NCBI GenBank assembly: GCA_937890745.1
Contig: CALADH010000013.1
Location: 5,031-69,030 of the forward strand
Direction: 5' to 3'
DNA: 64,000 bases
From: an uncultured Clostridia bacterium
Lineage (GTDB): Bacteria; Bacillota; Clostridia; Lachnospirales; Lachnospiraceae
The translations under genes were made by a program, and so were the position numbers. Numbering within the stretch: position 1 is the stretch's first letter; each line of letters opens with the position of its first letter. Shown here piece after piece: positions 18,283 to 29,597 of this stretch. The notes beneath the pieces are model-generated. The model was not told the DNA's origin. It did no database searches and saw only the letters and a program-made list of their open reading frames with translations.

Positions 18283-19563
18283 ATGAAGAAGATGAAAAAA
18301 GTTTTAGCATTGGCTTTAGCGGGCGTGATGACGCTCGGACTGACTGCGTGTGAGAGCAGTGACACAACAGAGGGCGGCGGTGAGAGCAAAGCTTCGGGGG
18401 ATAAAAAGACAATTTACATTTATCAGATGAAAATTGAAATTGACGAAGCGCTCAAAGAGGTTACAAAGAAATACACAGAAACGCATCCTGACGTGGAATT
18501 TGTTGTAGAATCTGCAAGTGATAACTACAATACATCTCTGAAAACAAAGTTCACAGGCGGTGAGGCTCCGGATATTTTTACACTGACAGGCTATGAAGAT
18601 GCAAAAATGTGGAGTTCAAATCTTGAAGATTTAAGCGGTGAGCCATGGGTTGAAAATATGGTTGATCAGGCGAAGGAAGGTATTGTCATCGATGGTAAGG
18701 TCTGCGGCTTCCCGACATCGGTTGAGGGCTGGGGCTATATGTACAATAAAAAACTTTTTGAGCAGGCCGGTATTAAAACACTGCCGACAACAATGACAGA
18801 GCTTAAAGAAGTGTGCGGCAAGCTTTCAGACGCCGGTATCCAGCCGCTGACAGAGTGCTACATGGACTGGTATCAGGCAGGTATGTTCATGGTGAATACA
18901 GGTATTGCAAGACAGGAAGATCCGATGGGATTTATTAACGGCTTAAATGACGGTACAAAAACTTTCGTCGGAGATCCTATATTTACAGAGCTTGCAAATT
19001 TCCTTTTATATGATGTATCCCAGTGTGAAAGTCCTATGAACACAGACTTTAATACACAGATGGCACAGTTTACAAGTGAATCTGTCGGCTTTACGGCAGG
19101 CGGAAACTGGAACCAGCCGGCACTTGACGCTGTTTCAGAGGATATCGAATCCGGTTTAATGCCGTTCCCAATCAACGATGATTCTGAAGCAAATGATAAG
19201 CTGTATGTCGGTATTGCAGGTTACTGGGGCGTTAATACGAACTCGCCGGTAAAAGAGGAAGCAAAGGATTTCCTTGAGTGGCTCGCAACGACAGAAGAAG
19301 GGCAGTCATGTATGACAAAGGACTTACAGTTAATTCCGGCATTTACAAATTTCTCGGCAGATGCTGAAAGTATCGGTGATTTAGGTACAGATGTGTCTAA
19401 ATATGTTCAGGAAGGAAAGACATACGGATTCTACTATTCATTCTATCCGGACGGATTTAATCAGGCAGCCGGCGAAGCTGTTCAGAGATTAGTTGCCGGC
19501 AAAGCTTCTGTTGATGAATTTTTACAGGAACTTCAGCAGCAGTGGGATAATTTGAAAAAATAA
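18283..19563 (+). CDS. ABC transporter extracellular sugar-binding lipoprotein
   Basis: AAGGAGG SD. The signal peptide has the lipobox LGLTAC. The 426-aa length and sequence are typical of CUT1 solute-binding proteins. Confidence 0.85.
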   Translation: MKKMKKVLALALAGVMTLGLTACESSDTTEGGGESKASGDKKTIYIYQMKIEIDEALKEVTKKYTETHPDVEFVVESASDNYNTSLKTKFTGGEAPDIFTLTGYEDAKMWSSNLEDLSGEPWVENMVDQAKEGIVIDGKVCGFPTSVEGWGYMYNKKLFEQAGIKTLPTTMTELKEVCGKLSDAGIQPLTECYMDWYQAGMFMVNTGIARQEDPMGFINGLNDGTKTFVGDPIFTELANFLLYDVSQCESPMNTDFNTQMAQFTSESVGFTAGGNWNQPALDAVSEDIESGLMPFPINDDSEANDKLYVGIAGYWGVNTNSPVKEEAKDFLEWLATTEEGQSCMTKDLQLIPAFTNFSADAESIGDLGTDVSKYVQEGKTYGFYYSFYPDGFNQAAGEAVQRLVAGKASVDEFLQELQQQWDNLKK

Positions 19564-19591
19564 TCTGAGAAGAAAATTTTACAAAGATGAG

Positions 19592-19641
19592 CTGCCGCAG
19601 ATGAATGTTAAAAACTTCAGGTTTGCGGCAGTTCTTATTTT
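19592..19641 (+). terminator. Intercistronic hairpin / partial terminator between the binding-protein gene and GH3
   Basis: CTGCCGCA (19592-19599) pairs with TGCGGCAG (19624-19631) around a 24-nt loop and is followed by TTCTTATTTT. Confidence 0.4.
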
Positions 19642-19676
19642 ATGATATAGGAAATTCGTATTTAGGAGGATATGGC

Positions 19677-22013
19677 GTGAATATTGATAAAATAATTGAA
19701 AAAATGACACTTCATGAGAAGGTAATGTTATGTACAGGGAAAAATTCATGGCAGACAAAGGACTATCCGCAGCATGGTATACCGTCAATCCGCATGAGCG
19801 ACGGTACAAGCGGCGTGCGTTTTCAGAAAGGCTCGGATGAGGACGGGGCGGTTTCTCTTTCTGGGGCAGAATCCTTTTATGAAAGCTTAAGCGGTCGTTT
19901 TGACGATGATGATGCGATGGAGAGAACTTATGAGGCGACAGCCTTTCCGTCAGGCTCTGCCATTGCCTGCTCATGGAATAAGGCATTGATTGAAAAAATC
20001 GGCGGGGCGATTGCCGAAGAATGTCAGAAGCTGGGCATTAATCTTTTGCTTGGACCGGGCTTAAATACGAGACGTCACCCGCTGACGGCAAGAAATTTTG
20101 AGTATTATTCAGAAGATCCGTGTCTTGCCGGTGATATGGCGGCGGCCATCGTCAAAGGTGTTCAGAGTGAGGGCGTCGGCACATGTATGAAGCATTATGC
20201 CTGCCATAACTCAGATACAAGAAGGACGAGAGTCAACACGATTGTTTCGGAGAGAGCGCTGAGGGAAATCTATCTTGCGCCGTATGAGCGTGTTGTTAAA
20301 AAGTCTGCGCCGACGTGTGTGATGACAGCTTACAATCAGGTCAACGGCGAGGAATGCAGCGGCGATACGCGCCTTGTACGGGATATTCTTAAAAATGAAT
20401 GGGGCTTTGACGGCATGGTCATCTGCGACTGGGGCGCAGTGAAAGATTCAGTGGCGGCAAGCCGCGGCGGTGTTGATCTGCAGATGCCGATGGCATTGAC
20501 ATCTTCAAAACATCTTGAGCAGGCTGTGCTGGACGGAAAGATTTCCGAGGACTTTGTAGACGAGCGCGTCAGACGTATTTTGAGTACCGTTTTTAAGCTT
20601 AAATCATGGGAAAAAGAGAGAGACAGTGTTGATTTTGAGGCGCATCATAAGCTGGCTCAGAGCGCGGCGGCTGAGTCGATGGTTCTTTTGAAAAATGAGG
20701 AAAATATACTGCCTTTGAATACTGAAAAAATAAAAAAAGCGGCTGTCATCGGTCTTCTTGCAAAAGCGCCGGTATATCAGGGCACAGGCTGTGCCATTGT
20801 CCGTGCACAGCAGGTGGATATTCCGTACGAGTGCATGGAAAAGACGTTTAAAGACCGGCTGACATTCACTTATGCCAAGGGATATGAGGCTGACGGAACG
20901 ACGACAGAGGAATTGCTTTTGGAAGCTGAAAACACAGCAAAAGCGGCTGACGTCGTGATTGTTATGGCCGGTACTTTCCTGCCGGGAGAAGACGACGACT
21001 ACAACCGCAAGGATATGTCGCTGCCGCGCGGACACCGCGAATGTATTGAGCGGATGGCAGCGCTCGGTAAAAAGGTGATTGTTGTCCTTGCAAACGGCGA
21101 CGTGTGTGAGATGGACTGGGCAGATAAGGTTGACGCCGTACTTGATATATGGTACAGCGGCGAAGGCATGGGTATGGCGCTCGCACATATTTTATCGGGA
21201 CGGGAAAATCCGTCGGGAAAACTGTCTGCGACAGTTCCGGTAAAGCTTTCCGATACACCGGCCTATCTTGGTTTTGATGGAAATATTTACGAAATTCCTT
21301 ATAATGAAGATATTTATGTGGGCTACAGATATTATGACAAGAAGCAGATACAGCCGCGCTATCCGTTTGGCTTCGGTTTATCCTATACATCTTTTGAGTA
21401 CAGCAATCTTACGGCAAATGTCAGTGAAACTGCGGAGGAACTTCGTGTTTTAGTTTCTGTGGATATTAAAAATACAGGCGCTTATGACGGAAAAGAGTGC
21501 GTTCAGCTTTACATCGCACCAAAGAAAGACGCGCGTTTGCCGAGACCGGTGCGGGAGCTTAAGGCCTTTGAGAAGATTTCGCTGAAAGCCGGCGAGACGA
21601 AGACGGTAACGTTTGAATTAAGCGGCCGTGACTTTGCTTATTATGATGCGGATTTATGCCGCTGGGTGACAGAAAACGGTGTTTATACAGTCGAGGCTGC
21701 CGCATCAAGCCGCGATATACGCCTTAGTGCAGCGGTGGAAATCAAGGCACAGAAACAGCCTGTAAGACTTTTAAAAGAAGACTGCGGTTTCCATGAAATT
21801 TTTGAGACAGAGAGAGGAAAAATGATGCTCTTTGATTTTCTTGTGGAAAAAGGATTGCTGAAAAGAGAACAGATTGACGCGCGCGTTGAAGCGTCCCTCG
21901 CATGGGCATTTTGGCCGGCAAAAACATTTTTAGACATGGGTGCCTCAGGCGTCGTAAGCTATGAGGAATGGCAGAAATTTGTAGAAAAAGTAAATCAGGC
22001 GCTGGTAAAGTAA
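19677..22013 (+). CDS. Glycoside hydrolase family 3 (beta-glucosidase-like), paralog of 3310-5643
   Basis: The ORF track starts at 19605. I prefer the GTG at 19677, which lies 7 nt after AGGAGG (19664-19669). GH3 motifs are present: HPLTARNFEYYSEDPCL, KHYACHN and GMVICDWGA. Confidence 0.9.
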   Translation: MNIDKIIEKMTLHEKVMLCTGKNSWQTKDYPQHGIPSIRMSDGTSGVRFQKGSDEDGAVSLSGAESFYESLSGRFDDDDAMERTYEATAFPSGSAIACSWNKALIEKIGGAIAEECQKLGINLLLGPGLNTRRHPLTARNFEYYSEDPCLAGDMAAAIVKGVQSEGVGTCMKHYACHNSDTRRTRVNTIVSERALREIYLAPYERVVKKSAPTCVMTAYNQVNGEECSGDTRLVRDILKNEWGFDGMVICDWGAVKDSVAASRGGVDLQMPMALTSSKHLEQAVLDGKISEDFVDERVRRILSTVFKLKSWEKERDSVDFEAHHKLAQSAAAESMVLLKNEENILPLNTEKIKKAAVIGLLAKAPVYQGTGCAIVRAQQVDIPYECMEKTFKDRLTFTYAKGYEADGTTTEELLLEAENTAKAADVVIVMAGTFLPGEDDDYNRKDMSLPRGHRECIERMAALGKKVIVVLANGDVCEMDWADKVDAVLDIWYSGEGMGMALAHILSGRENPSGKLSATVPVKLSDTPAYLGFDGNIYEIPYNEDIYVGYRYYDKKQIQPRYPFGFGLSYTSFEYSNLTANVSETAEELRVLVSVDIKNTGAYDGKECVQLYIAPKKDARLPRPVRELKAFEKISLKAGETKTVTFELSGRDFAYYDADLCRWVTENGVYTVEAAASSRDIRLSAAVEIKAQKQPVRLLKEDCGFHEIFETERGKMMLFDFLVEKGLLKREQIDARVEASLAWAFWPAKTFLDMGASGVVSYEEWQKFVEKVNQALVK

Positions 22014-22083
22014 ACAAAAAGAAGTACGAAACAAAAAACACTCCGTGAGGATCGCACTGCGGCGGAGGGGAATAATGCTGTAA

Positions 22084-22314
22084 AGGCAGTCCGGCGCGGA
22101 GAAGGAACATCTGCCCGAAAATATTAAAAAATTGCTTGAAGTTATGGAAGACGACATTCCGTACACAAGCAAAACACTGATGGATAAACTGGAATTGAAA
22201 TCAAGAGAGGGCTTCCGCAGAAATTATCTGCATCCCGCAATCCAATTAAACTTTATCAAAATGACAATTCCCGACAAACCAAGCAGCAGAAACCAAAGAT
22301 ATATTAAAAATTAA
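22084..22314 (+). pseudogene. Orphan C-terminal fragment of a Fic / AlbA-type winged-helix protein
   Basis: The frame is open from 22084 with no SD or ATG. The tail ...ELKSREGFRRNYLHPAIQLNFIKMTIPDKPSSRNQRYIK matches the conserved C-terminus (MTIPDKPNSRNQKY) of Fic-family and AlbA_2-type regulators. The remaining ~300 aa are missing. Confidence 0.5.
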
Positions 22315-22328
22315 AAATAATCAGAAAA

Positions 22329-22406
22329 AGAGAGAGTCTCTGTGGGTTTTGCCCGGCGTGCATTTGGAAGCACGCCGGCAAAATTTACAGAGACTCTCTC
22401 TTATTT
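22329..22406. terminator. Large bidirectional terminator between the Fic remnant and carB
   Basis: The outer arms AGAGAGAGTCTCTGT and ACAGAGACTCTCTCT pair. The inner arms CCGGCGTGC and GCACGCCGG also pair. The structure has an A-run on the left and a T-run on the right. Confidence 0.75.
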
Positions 22407-22422
22407 AAATTTATCCTACAGT

Positions 22423-25400
22423 TTATTTATCCGTAATCTGTGCGTGGAATTCCTGCAATGATTTTACAGGAAGCTGTTTGTCGCGAATCATGGATTTAAT
22501 GCCTTCAACAGCAGCCTTTGCAGCAGCCATTGTTGTGACATAAGGAATCTTGCCTTTGATGGCAGCTTTACGGATGTAGCTGTCATCTGTAGCACCTTTC
22601 TTATTGCCGACAGGTGTGTTGACAATAATCTGGATTTCCTTATTTGTAATTTTATCAAGAACGTTCGGACGTCCTTCTTTAAGCTTCGCAACCTTAGAAG
22701 CAGGGATGCCGGCACTGTTAATTAAGTCGCATGTGCGTCCTGTGGCAACGATTGTGAAGCCGCAGTCGTGGAAGCCCTTTGCAATCTCAACAACCTCAGC
22801 CTTATCTCTGTCGTTGACGGAAATAAGCACTGTGCCTGAAAGCGGAAGCTTGCTCTGTGTTGCTTCCTGAGCTTTATAGAAAGCATCGCCAAAGTCCGGT
22901 GAAAGGCCTAAAACTTCACCTGTGGAACGCATCTCAGGTCCTAAGAGCGGATCGACCTCAGGGAACATATTGAATGGGAAGACAGCTTCCTTAACACCGT
23001 AATGTGAAAACTTCTTCTCTCTTAATTCTGTGACTGGAGACTTATGGCCTGTGTATGGCGCAGTCATAATATCTGTTGCAATCTTAACCATGTTAATGCC
23101 GCATACTTTAGATACTAAAGGCACTGTTCTCGATGCTCTTGGGTTTGCTTCAAGAACATAAACCTTGCCGTCTTCAATCGCATACTGCATATTCATAAGG
23201 CCTACAACGTTCATCTCACTTGCAATACGCTTTGTATAATCCTTGATTGTTGCAATCTGCTCCTCAGAAAGATTCTTCGGAGGAAGGATGCAGGCGGAGT
23301 CACCGGAGTGGACACCGGCAAGCTCGATATGTTCCATAACTGAAGGGACGAATACGTTTGTACCATCGCTGATGGCATCTGCCTCACACTCTGTCGCATG
23401 GTGAAGGAAACGGTCAATGAGGATCGGTCTGTCCGGTGTCACGCCAACTGCGGCATTCATGTAGAATCTTAATGCCTCGTCATCATAAACAACTTCCATA
23501 CCGCGGCCGCCGAGAACATAGGAAGGACGAACCATGACCGGGTAGCCAATCTTATTGGCAATGGCAAGCGCGTCATCAGCTGTGACAGCCATGCCTGATT
23601 CCGGCATCGGAATCTCAAGTTTGTCCATCATTTCACGGAAAAGGTCTCTATCCTCTGCAAGGTCGATTGTCTCAGGTGTTGTACCGAGAATATTGACGCC
23701 GGCCTTCTTTAAGTCAGCAGCAAGGTTTAAAGGTGTCTGTCCGCCGAACTGTGCAATCACACCGATTGGTTTTTCTTTTTCATGAATACTTAACACATCT
23801 TCAAGTGTTAATGGCTCAAAGTATAATTTATCGGATGTATCGTAGTCTGTAGACACTGTTTCAGGGTTACAGTTGACGATAATTGTCTCAAAGCCAAGTT
23901 CTTTTAATGCTTTTGCAGCATGAACGCAGCAGTAGTCAAATTCGATACCCTGACCGATTCTGTTCGGGCCGCCGCCTAAAATCATAATCTTAGGTTTATC
24001 TGTGTTCACAGGGCTTTCATCCTTAATATGGTAGCTTGAGTAGTAGTAAGCGGAATCCTTTGTGCTGCTGACATGAACGCCCTCCCATGCTTCAACAATG
24101 CCGTTGCCGATACGCTCATTGCGGATGTCATCTTCGCTGACATTTAAAATCTGACTTAAATATTTATCTGAGAAGCCGTCAAGCTTTGCCTGCTTTAATA
24201 CTTCCGGTGCCGGAAGTGTGCCTGCATTTTTCTTTAATGCTTCTTCTTCCTCAACAAGCTCTTTCATCTGTTCGATGAAGTAGTGCTTAACCTTTGTAAG
24301 GTTATGAATTTCTTCAACAGTTGCACCTTTTCTTAAAGCTTCGTACATAATGAAATGGCGTTCGCTTGTCGGTGTCGCAAGCATTTTAAGGAGCTCTGTT
24401 TTGTCTTTCTGACCAAAATCTTTCACGTTGCCAAGACCGTATCTGCCGTTTTCAAGGCTTCGGATAGCTTTCTGGAAAGCTTCCTTATAAGTTTTGCCGA
24501 TACTCATAACTTCGCCGACAGCGCGCATCTGTGTGCCGAGGTGATCTTCGACACCTTTGAACTTTTCAAATGCCCATCTTGCAAATTTAATTACAATATA
24601 ATCGCCGTCCGGTACATATTTATCCAGTGTGCCATATTTGCCGCAAGGAATTTCATCCAGTGTAAGGCCGCTGGCAAGCATCGCTGAAACAAGGGCAATC
24701 GGGAAACCTGTCGCCTTACTTGCAAGGGCTGATGAACGGGATGTTCTCGGGTTGATTTCGATAACGATAATACGTCCTGAAACAGGATCATGGGCAAACT
24801 GTACGTTTGTACCGCCGATAACCTGAACAGACTCAACAATTTTGTAAGCCTGACGCTGAAGTTCTTTTTGAACATCTTCGGAAATCGTAAGCATCGGTGC
24901 GGAACAGAAGGAGTCGCCTGTATGCACACCAAGCGGATCGATATTCTCAATCATACAAACTGTGATCATGTTATTTTTAGCGTCTCTGACAACTTCGACT
25001 TCAAGTTCTTCCCATCCGAGAATGGATTCCTCAACAAGAACCTGTCCGACCAAAGAAGCCTGTAAGCCTCTTGCACACACTGTCTTTAATTCTTCAGTAT
25101 TGTATACAAGACCGCCGCCGGCGCCGCCCATCGTATAAGCGGGACGGAGAACAACCGGATAACCGAGTTTATCTGCAATGGCAAGTGCTTCATCAACAGA
25201 GTAGGCAACTTCACTTCGGGCCATTTCAATGCCGAGTTCATTCATTGCTTTTTTAAATTCAATTCTGTCTTCGCCGCGTTCGATAGCATCGACCTGAACG
25301 CCGATAACTTTTACATTATATTTGTCAAGAACGCCGGCTTTATTTAATTCAGCGCAAAGATTAAGACCCGACTGGCCGCCAAGATTAGGAAGCAGGGCGT

Positions 25401-25647
25401 CAGGACGTTCTTTAGCGATAATTTGTTCCAAACGCTCTACGTTTAATGGTTCAATGTAAGTAATATCTGCCGTGTCAGGGTCTGTCATAATAGTTGCCGG
25501 ATTAGAATTAACTAAAACAATTTCATAACCAAGATTTTTAAGAGCCTTGCAGGCCTGTGTTCCCGAATAATCAAATTCACATGCCTGTCCGATAATAATA
25601 GGGCCTGAGCCGATAATCAGTACTTTGTGAATGTCTTCTCTTTTCAT
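22423..25647 (-). CDS. carB: Carbamoyl-phosphate synthase large subunit
   Basis: 1074 aa with two ATP-grasp halves. The N-terminus is KVLIIGSGPIIIGQACEFDYSGTQA and the second half begins KIMILGGGPNRIGQGIEFDYCCVHA. A C-terminal MGS-like domain is present. Confidence 0.95.
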   Translation of the reverse strand: MKREDIHKVLIIGSGPIIIGQACEFDYSGTQACKALKNLGYEIVLVNSNPATIMTDPDTADITYIEPLNVERLEQIIAKERPDALLPNLGGQSGLNLCAELNKAGVLDKYNVKVIGVQVDAIERGEDRIEFKKAMNELGIEMARSEVAYSVDEALAIADKLGYPVVLRPAYTMGGAGGGLVYNTEELKTVCARGLQASLVGQVLVEESILGWEELEVEVVRDAKNNMITVCMIENIDPLGVHTGDSFCSAPMLTISEDVQKELQRQAYKIVESVQVIGGTNVQFAHDPVSGRIIVIEINPRTSRSSALASKATGFPIALVSAMLASGLTLDEIPCGKYGTLDKYVPDGDYIVIKFARWAFEKFKGVEDHLGTQMRAVGEVMSIGKTYKEAFQKAIRSLENGRYGLGNVKDFGQKDKTELLKMLATPTSERHFIMYEALRKGATVEEIHNLTKVKHYFIEQMKELVEEEEALKKNAGTLPAPEVLKQAKLDGFSDKYLSQILNVSEDDIRNERIGNGIVEAWEGVHVSSTKDSAYYYSSYHIKDESPVNTDKPKIMILGGGPNRIGQGIEFDYCCVHAAKALKELGFETIIVNCNPETVSTDYDTSDKLYFEPLTLEDVLSIHEKEKPIGVIAQFGGQTPLNLAADLKKAGVNILGTTPETIDLAEDRDLFREMMDKLEIPMPESGMAVTADDALAIANKIGYPVMVRPSYVLGGRGMEVVYDDEALRFYMNAAVGVTPDRPILIDRFLHHATECEADAISDGTNVFVPSVMEHIELAGVHSGDSACILPPKNLSEEQIATIKDYTKRIASEMNVVGLMNMQYAIEDGKVYVLEANPRASRTVPLVSKVCGINMVKIATDIMTAPYTGHKSPVTELREKKFSHYGVKEAVFPFNMFPEVDPLLGPEMRSTGEVLGLSPDFGDAFYKAQEATQSKLPLSGTVLISVNDRDKAEVVEIAKGFHDCGFTIVATGRTCDLINSAGIPASKVAKLKEGRPNVLDKITNKEIQIIVNTPVGNKKGATDDSYIRKAAIKGKIPYVTTMAAAKAAVEGIKSMIRDKQLPVKSLQEFHAQITDK

Positions 25648-25762
25648 AGTCTACCTTACCCTTTCTTTAACATGAATATATTCTAAAAATCCATCGTTAT
25701 TCTATCATATTTTTAATGAATAGACAACGAGAAAAAAGGACTTTTTCATGTTTTTTATGTGA

Positions 25763-25793
25763 AAAATTGTTTCTCACGGTGAGAAACAATTTT
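25763..25793. terminator. Perfect 15-bp-arm hairpin between gdhA and carB
   Basis: AAAATTGTTTCTCAC (25763-25777) and GTGAGAAACAATTTT (25779-25793) are exact inverse complements. A/T runs are built into the arms. Confidence 0.5.
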
Positions 25794-25844
25794 AAAATAA
25801 CTGAAAAGTATTAATTGTATTTTAAAATGACTGAATACAACCTG

Positions 25845-25880
25845 TGTAAAAGGCAGTGTTGCCATAACAAACACTGCCTT
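25845..25880 (-). terminator. Terminator after gdhA
   Basis: AAGGCAGTGTT (25850-25860) pairs with AACACTGCCTT (25870-25880). On the minus strand the stem runs into TTTTAC. Confidence 0.6.
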
Positions 25881-25906
25881 CTGTTCAATAAAATGAATAT
25901 TCAAAA

Positions 25907-27379
<1,473 letters not shown>

Positions 27380-27713
27380 TCAGCGCGCTGAATGGCTAAA
27401 ATGAAAAATAATGACAAAAAATGAAAGATTTACAATTCAAAGTTTCATTTTTGACAAAAAAGCCAAGCGCGTGGCGGCGTTTTATGCCGACTGTACCATA
27501 TGTCGAAAAAAGACGCCAAAAACCCCTTTATTTTATAGGAAGAAACGTGTATAATAAAAACAATGATGTTGATGTCAGAAATATTTGCCCGTGATATCAG
27601 CAATTGTTATATTCGTAAAGTCTATCTGTAGCTTATCAGAATAAATCCCGTATATAGAATGAATTAAATAATCAGATTGCAATATAGAAAGCCAGCATTT
27701 GAAGGAGGACAAG

Positions 27714-29192
27714 ATGGAGGAAAAGTATAAAACATTAAAACTTACAGAGCTTCGTGAAATTGCGAAGTCAGCAGGCGTTAAAAATACATCGGTGATGCGT
27801 AAACCGGAACTTATAGAAGTGCTTTGTAAACTTGAGGAGACACAGAAGTCAGCAACAGTGAAAACGGAGAGCGGCGACGACCGCGAGCACACAGATTACC
27901 GCAGCGAGCGGAGCGACAGCCGCGAGCGTGCAGATTACAGGAATGACCGAAGTGACGAACGCACGGATTACCGCAGCGAGCGGAGCGACAGCCGCGAGCG
28001 TACAGATTACAGGGAACGGGCAGAATTTCGTTCGACGGACAATATGCGCATGATGGAGGAACTTGACAGCGGTCATATTGCCAACGGAATTTTAGAAGTC
28101 ATACCTGACGGTTTCGGTTTTATACGCTGTGAGAATTATCTTCCGGGAGATAATGATGTTTATGTGTCTCCGGCGCAAATTCGCCGTTTCAATTTAAAAA
28201 CAGGCGATATTGTTGAGGGCAATTTGAAAATCAAAGGCGCGACAGAAAAATTCAGCGCATTATTATATGTAAGAAAGGTCAACGGTTTTCATCCGTCGGA
28301 AGCAGTGCGGCGCAGCAATTTTGAGGATATGACGCCGATTTTTCCAAATGAGAGGATTCGTCTGGAGTCAGAGCGTTCCAGTGTGCCGATGCGTATGGTT
28401 GACTTAGTGTCGCCGATCGGAAAGGGACAGCGCGGTATGATTGTTTCGCCGCCAAAGACAGGAAAGACGACACTTTTAAAGCAGATGGCAAAAGCTATTC
28501 ATAAAAATCATCCGGATATGAATATGATTATTCTTCTGATTGATGAACGTCCTGAGGAAGTTACAGATATTAAGGAGTATATTGAAGGAGATAACGTGGA
28601 GGTTATCTATTCAACCTTTGATGAGCTTCCTGAGCACCATAAGCGTGTGTCGGAGATGGTGCTTGAGCGTGCAAAGCGTCTTGTAGAGCATAAGCGCGAC
28701 GTTGTGATTTTGCTTGACAGCATTACAAGACTTGCAAGAGCCTATAACCTGACGGTTCCGCCGAGCGGGCGTACATTATCCGGCGGTCTTGATCCGGCGG
28801 CGCTACACATGCCGAAGAAATTTTTCGGTGCTGCCCGGAATATGAGAGAGGGCGGCAGTCTGACAGTGCTCGCAACAGCCCTTGTGGAAACCGGAAGCAA
28901 GATGGATGATGTTGTTTTTGAGGAATTTAAAGGAACAGGTAATATGGAACTTGTCCTTGACAGAAGACTTTCGGAAAAGAGAATTTTCCCGGCTGTCGAT
29001 ATTCAGCGTTCAGGAACGCGGCGGGAGGAACTCCTTCTTGATAAGGATGAACTGGAAGCTGTATATTTGATGCGCAAGGCACTTGGCGGTATGAAGTCGG
29101 AGGAAGCGCTGGAACACATTATTGATATGTTTATGCGCACACGGAGCAACAGGGAGTTTATTGCCAATATTAAGCGCACAAAAATAATTTGA
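27714..29192 (+). CDS. rho: Transcription termination factor Rho with an R/D/S/E-rich N-terminal insertion
   Basis: The ATG at 27714 follows GAAGGAGG (27701-27708). Visible elements are a Rho_N helix ([15 protein letters not shown]), the CSD-like RNA-binding part ([14 protein letters not shown]), Walker A ([10 protein letters not shown]) and the C-terminal RecA-type core. Confidence 0.9.
   Translation: MEEKYKTLKLTELREIAKSAGVKNTSVMRKPELIEVLCKLEETQKSATVKTESGDDREHTDYRSERSDSRERADYRNDRSDERTDYRSERSDSRERTDYRERAEFRSTDNMRMMEELDSGHIANGILEVIPDGFGFIRCENYLPGDNDVYVSPAQIRRFNLKTGDIVEGNLKIKGATEKFSALLYVRKVNGFHPSEAVRRSNFEDMTPIFPNERIRLESERSSVPMRMVDLVSPIGKGQRGMIVSPPKTGKTTLLKQMAKAIHKNHPDMNMIILLIDERPEEVTDIKEYIEGDNVEVIYSTFDELPEHHKRVSEMVLERAKRLVEHKRDVVILLDSITRLARAYNLTVPPSGRTLSGGLDPAALHMPKKFFGAARNMREGGSLTVLATALVETGSKMDDVVFEEFKGTGNMELVLDRRLSEKRIFPAVDIQRSGTRREELLLDKDELEAVYLMRKALGGMKSEEALEHIIDMFMRTRSNREFIANIKRTKII
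27894..28013 (+). repeat. Two 48-nt direct repeat copies offset by 72 nt, inside rho
   Basis: 27894-27941 and 27966-28013 differ at a single base (GTGCAG versus GTACAG). Both are in frame and encode [12 protein letters not shown](A/T)DYR. Confidence 0.9.
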
Positions 29193-29210
29193 AATAAAGT
29201 GAATAAGTCC

Positions 29211-29239
29211 TTGCATTGTTAAAAAAAATATGCTATAAT
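29211..29239 (+). promoter_or_regulatory. Sigma-A type promoter for rpmE
   Basis: TTGCAT (29211-29216), a 17-nt spacer and TATAAT (29234-29239) with a TGC extended -10 context. Confidence 0.6.
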
Positions 29240-29264
29240 GTGAAAGCTGTTCAGAGAAAACAGA

Positions 29265-29279
29265 TTGACAAATTGTCAA
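29265..29279. repeat. Perfect 7-1-7 inverted repeat TTGACAAATTGTCAA in the rpmE leader, function unknown
   Basis: Read directly from the sequence. It lies between the predicted -10 element and the rpmE SD. Confidence 0.9.
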
Positions 29280-29315
29280 CTTTCAATATGAATAATTCGT
29301 AGTGAGGTGAAAAAC

Positions 29316-29522
29316 ATGAGAGAAGGAATCCATCCAAAGTATTATCAGGCGAAGGTTACTTGCAACTGCGGTAATGAGTTCGTAACAGGTTCAACAAAAC
29401 CGGAAATTCACGTAGAAGTTTGTTCAAAGTGTCATCCATTCTACACAGGTCAGCAGAAAGCAGCAGCCGCTCGTGGACGTATTGATAAGTTCAATCGTAA
29501 ATATGGTCTTACACAGGAATAA
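29316..29522 (+). CDS. rpmE: 50S ribosomal protein L31, zinc-binding (C+) form
   Basis: [22 protein letters not shown]...[14 protein letters not shown]. Both CxC/CxxC pairs are present. The ATG at 29316 follows GAGGTG. Confidence 0.9.
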   Translation: MREGIHPKYYQAKVTCNCGNEFVTGSTKPEIHVEVCSKCHPFYTGQQKAAAARGRIDKFNRKYGLTQE

Positions 29523-29533
29523 TGATAAAAGTA

Positions 29534-29567
29534 AGGTTGAGGTTTTTAAAATCTCAACCTATTTTTA
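29534..29567 (+). terminator. Rho-independent terminator after rpmE
   Basis: AGGTTGAG (29534-29541) pairs with CTCAACCT (29553-29560) and is followed by ATTTTT. Confidence 0.8.
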
Positions 29568-29597
29568 AATTCTCAGGAAAGTAGAGGTACAGCCGCG

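Noticed and set aside
20604-21188. 194-aa minus-strand ORF, together with 20962-21390 and 21742-22110, inside the second GH3 gene
   Set aside because: These ORFs are antisense to a strongly supported GH3 coding region. They have no SD, a biased composition and no recognisable motifs, so they are typical shadow ORFs.
27849-28076. The direct repeats in rho considered as a possible CRISPR-like or minisatellite array, and the 75-aa antisense ORF across them
   Set aside because: There are only two copies, with a 24-nt spacer. They lie in frame inside rho and encode a repeated peptide. There is no leader or cas context. The antisense ORF is a by-product of the repeat.
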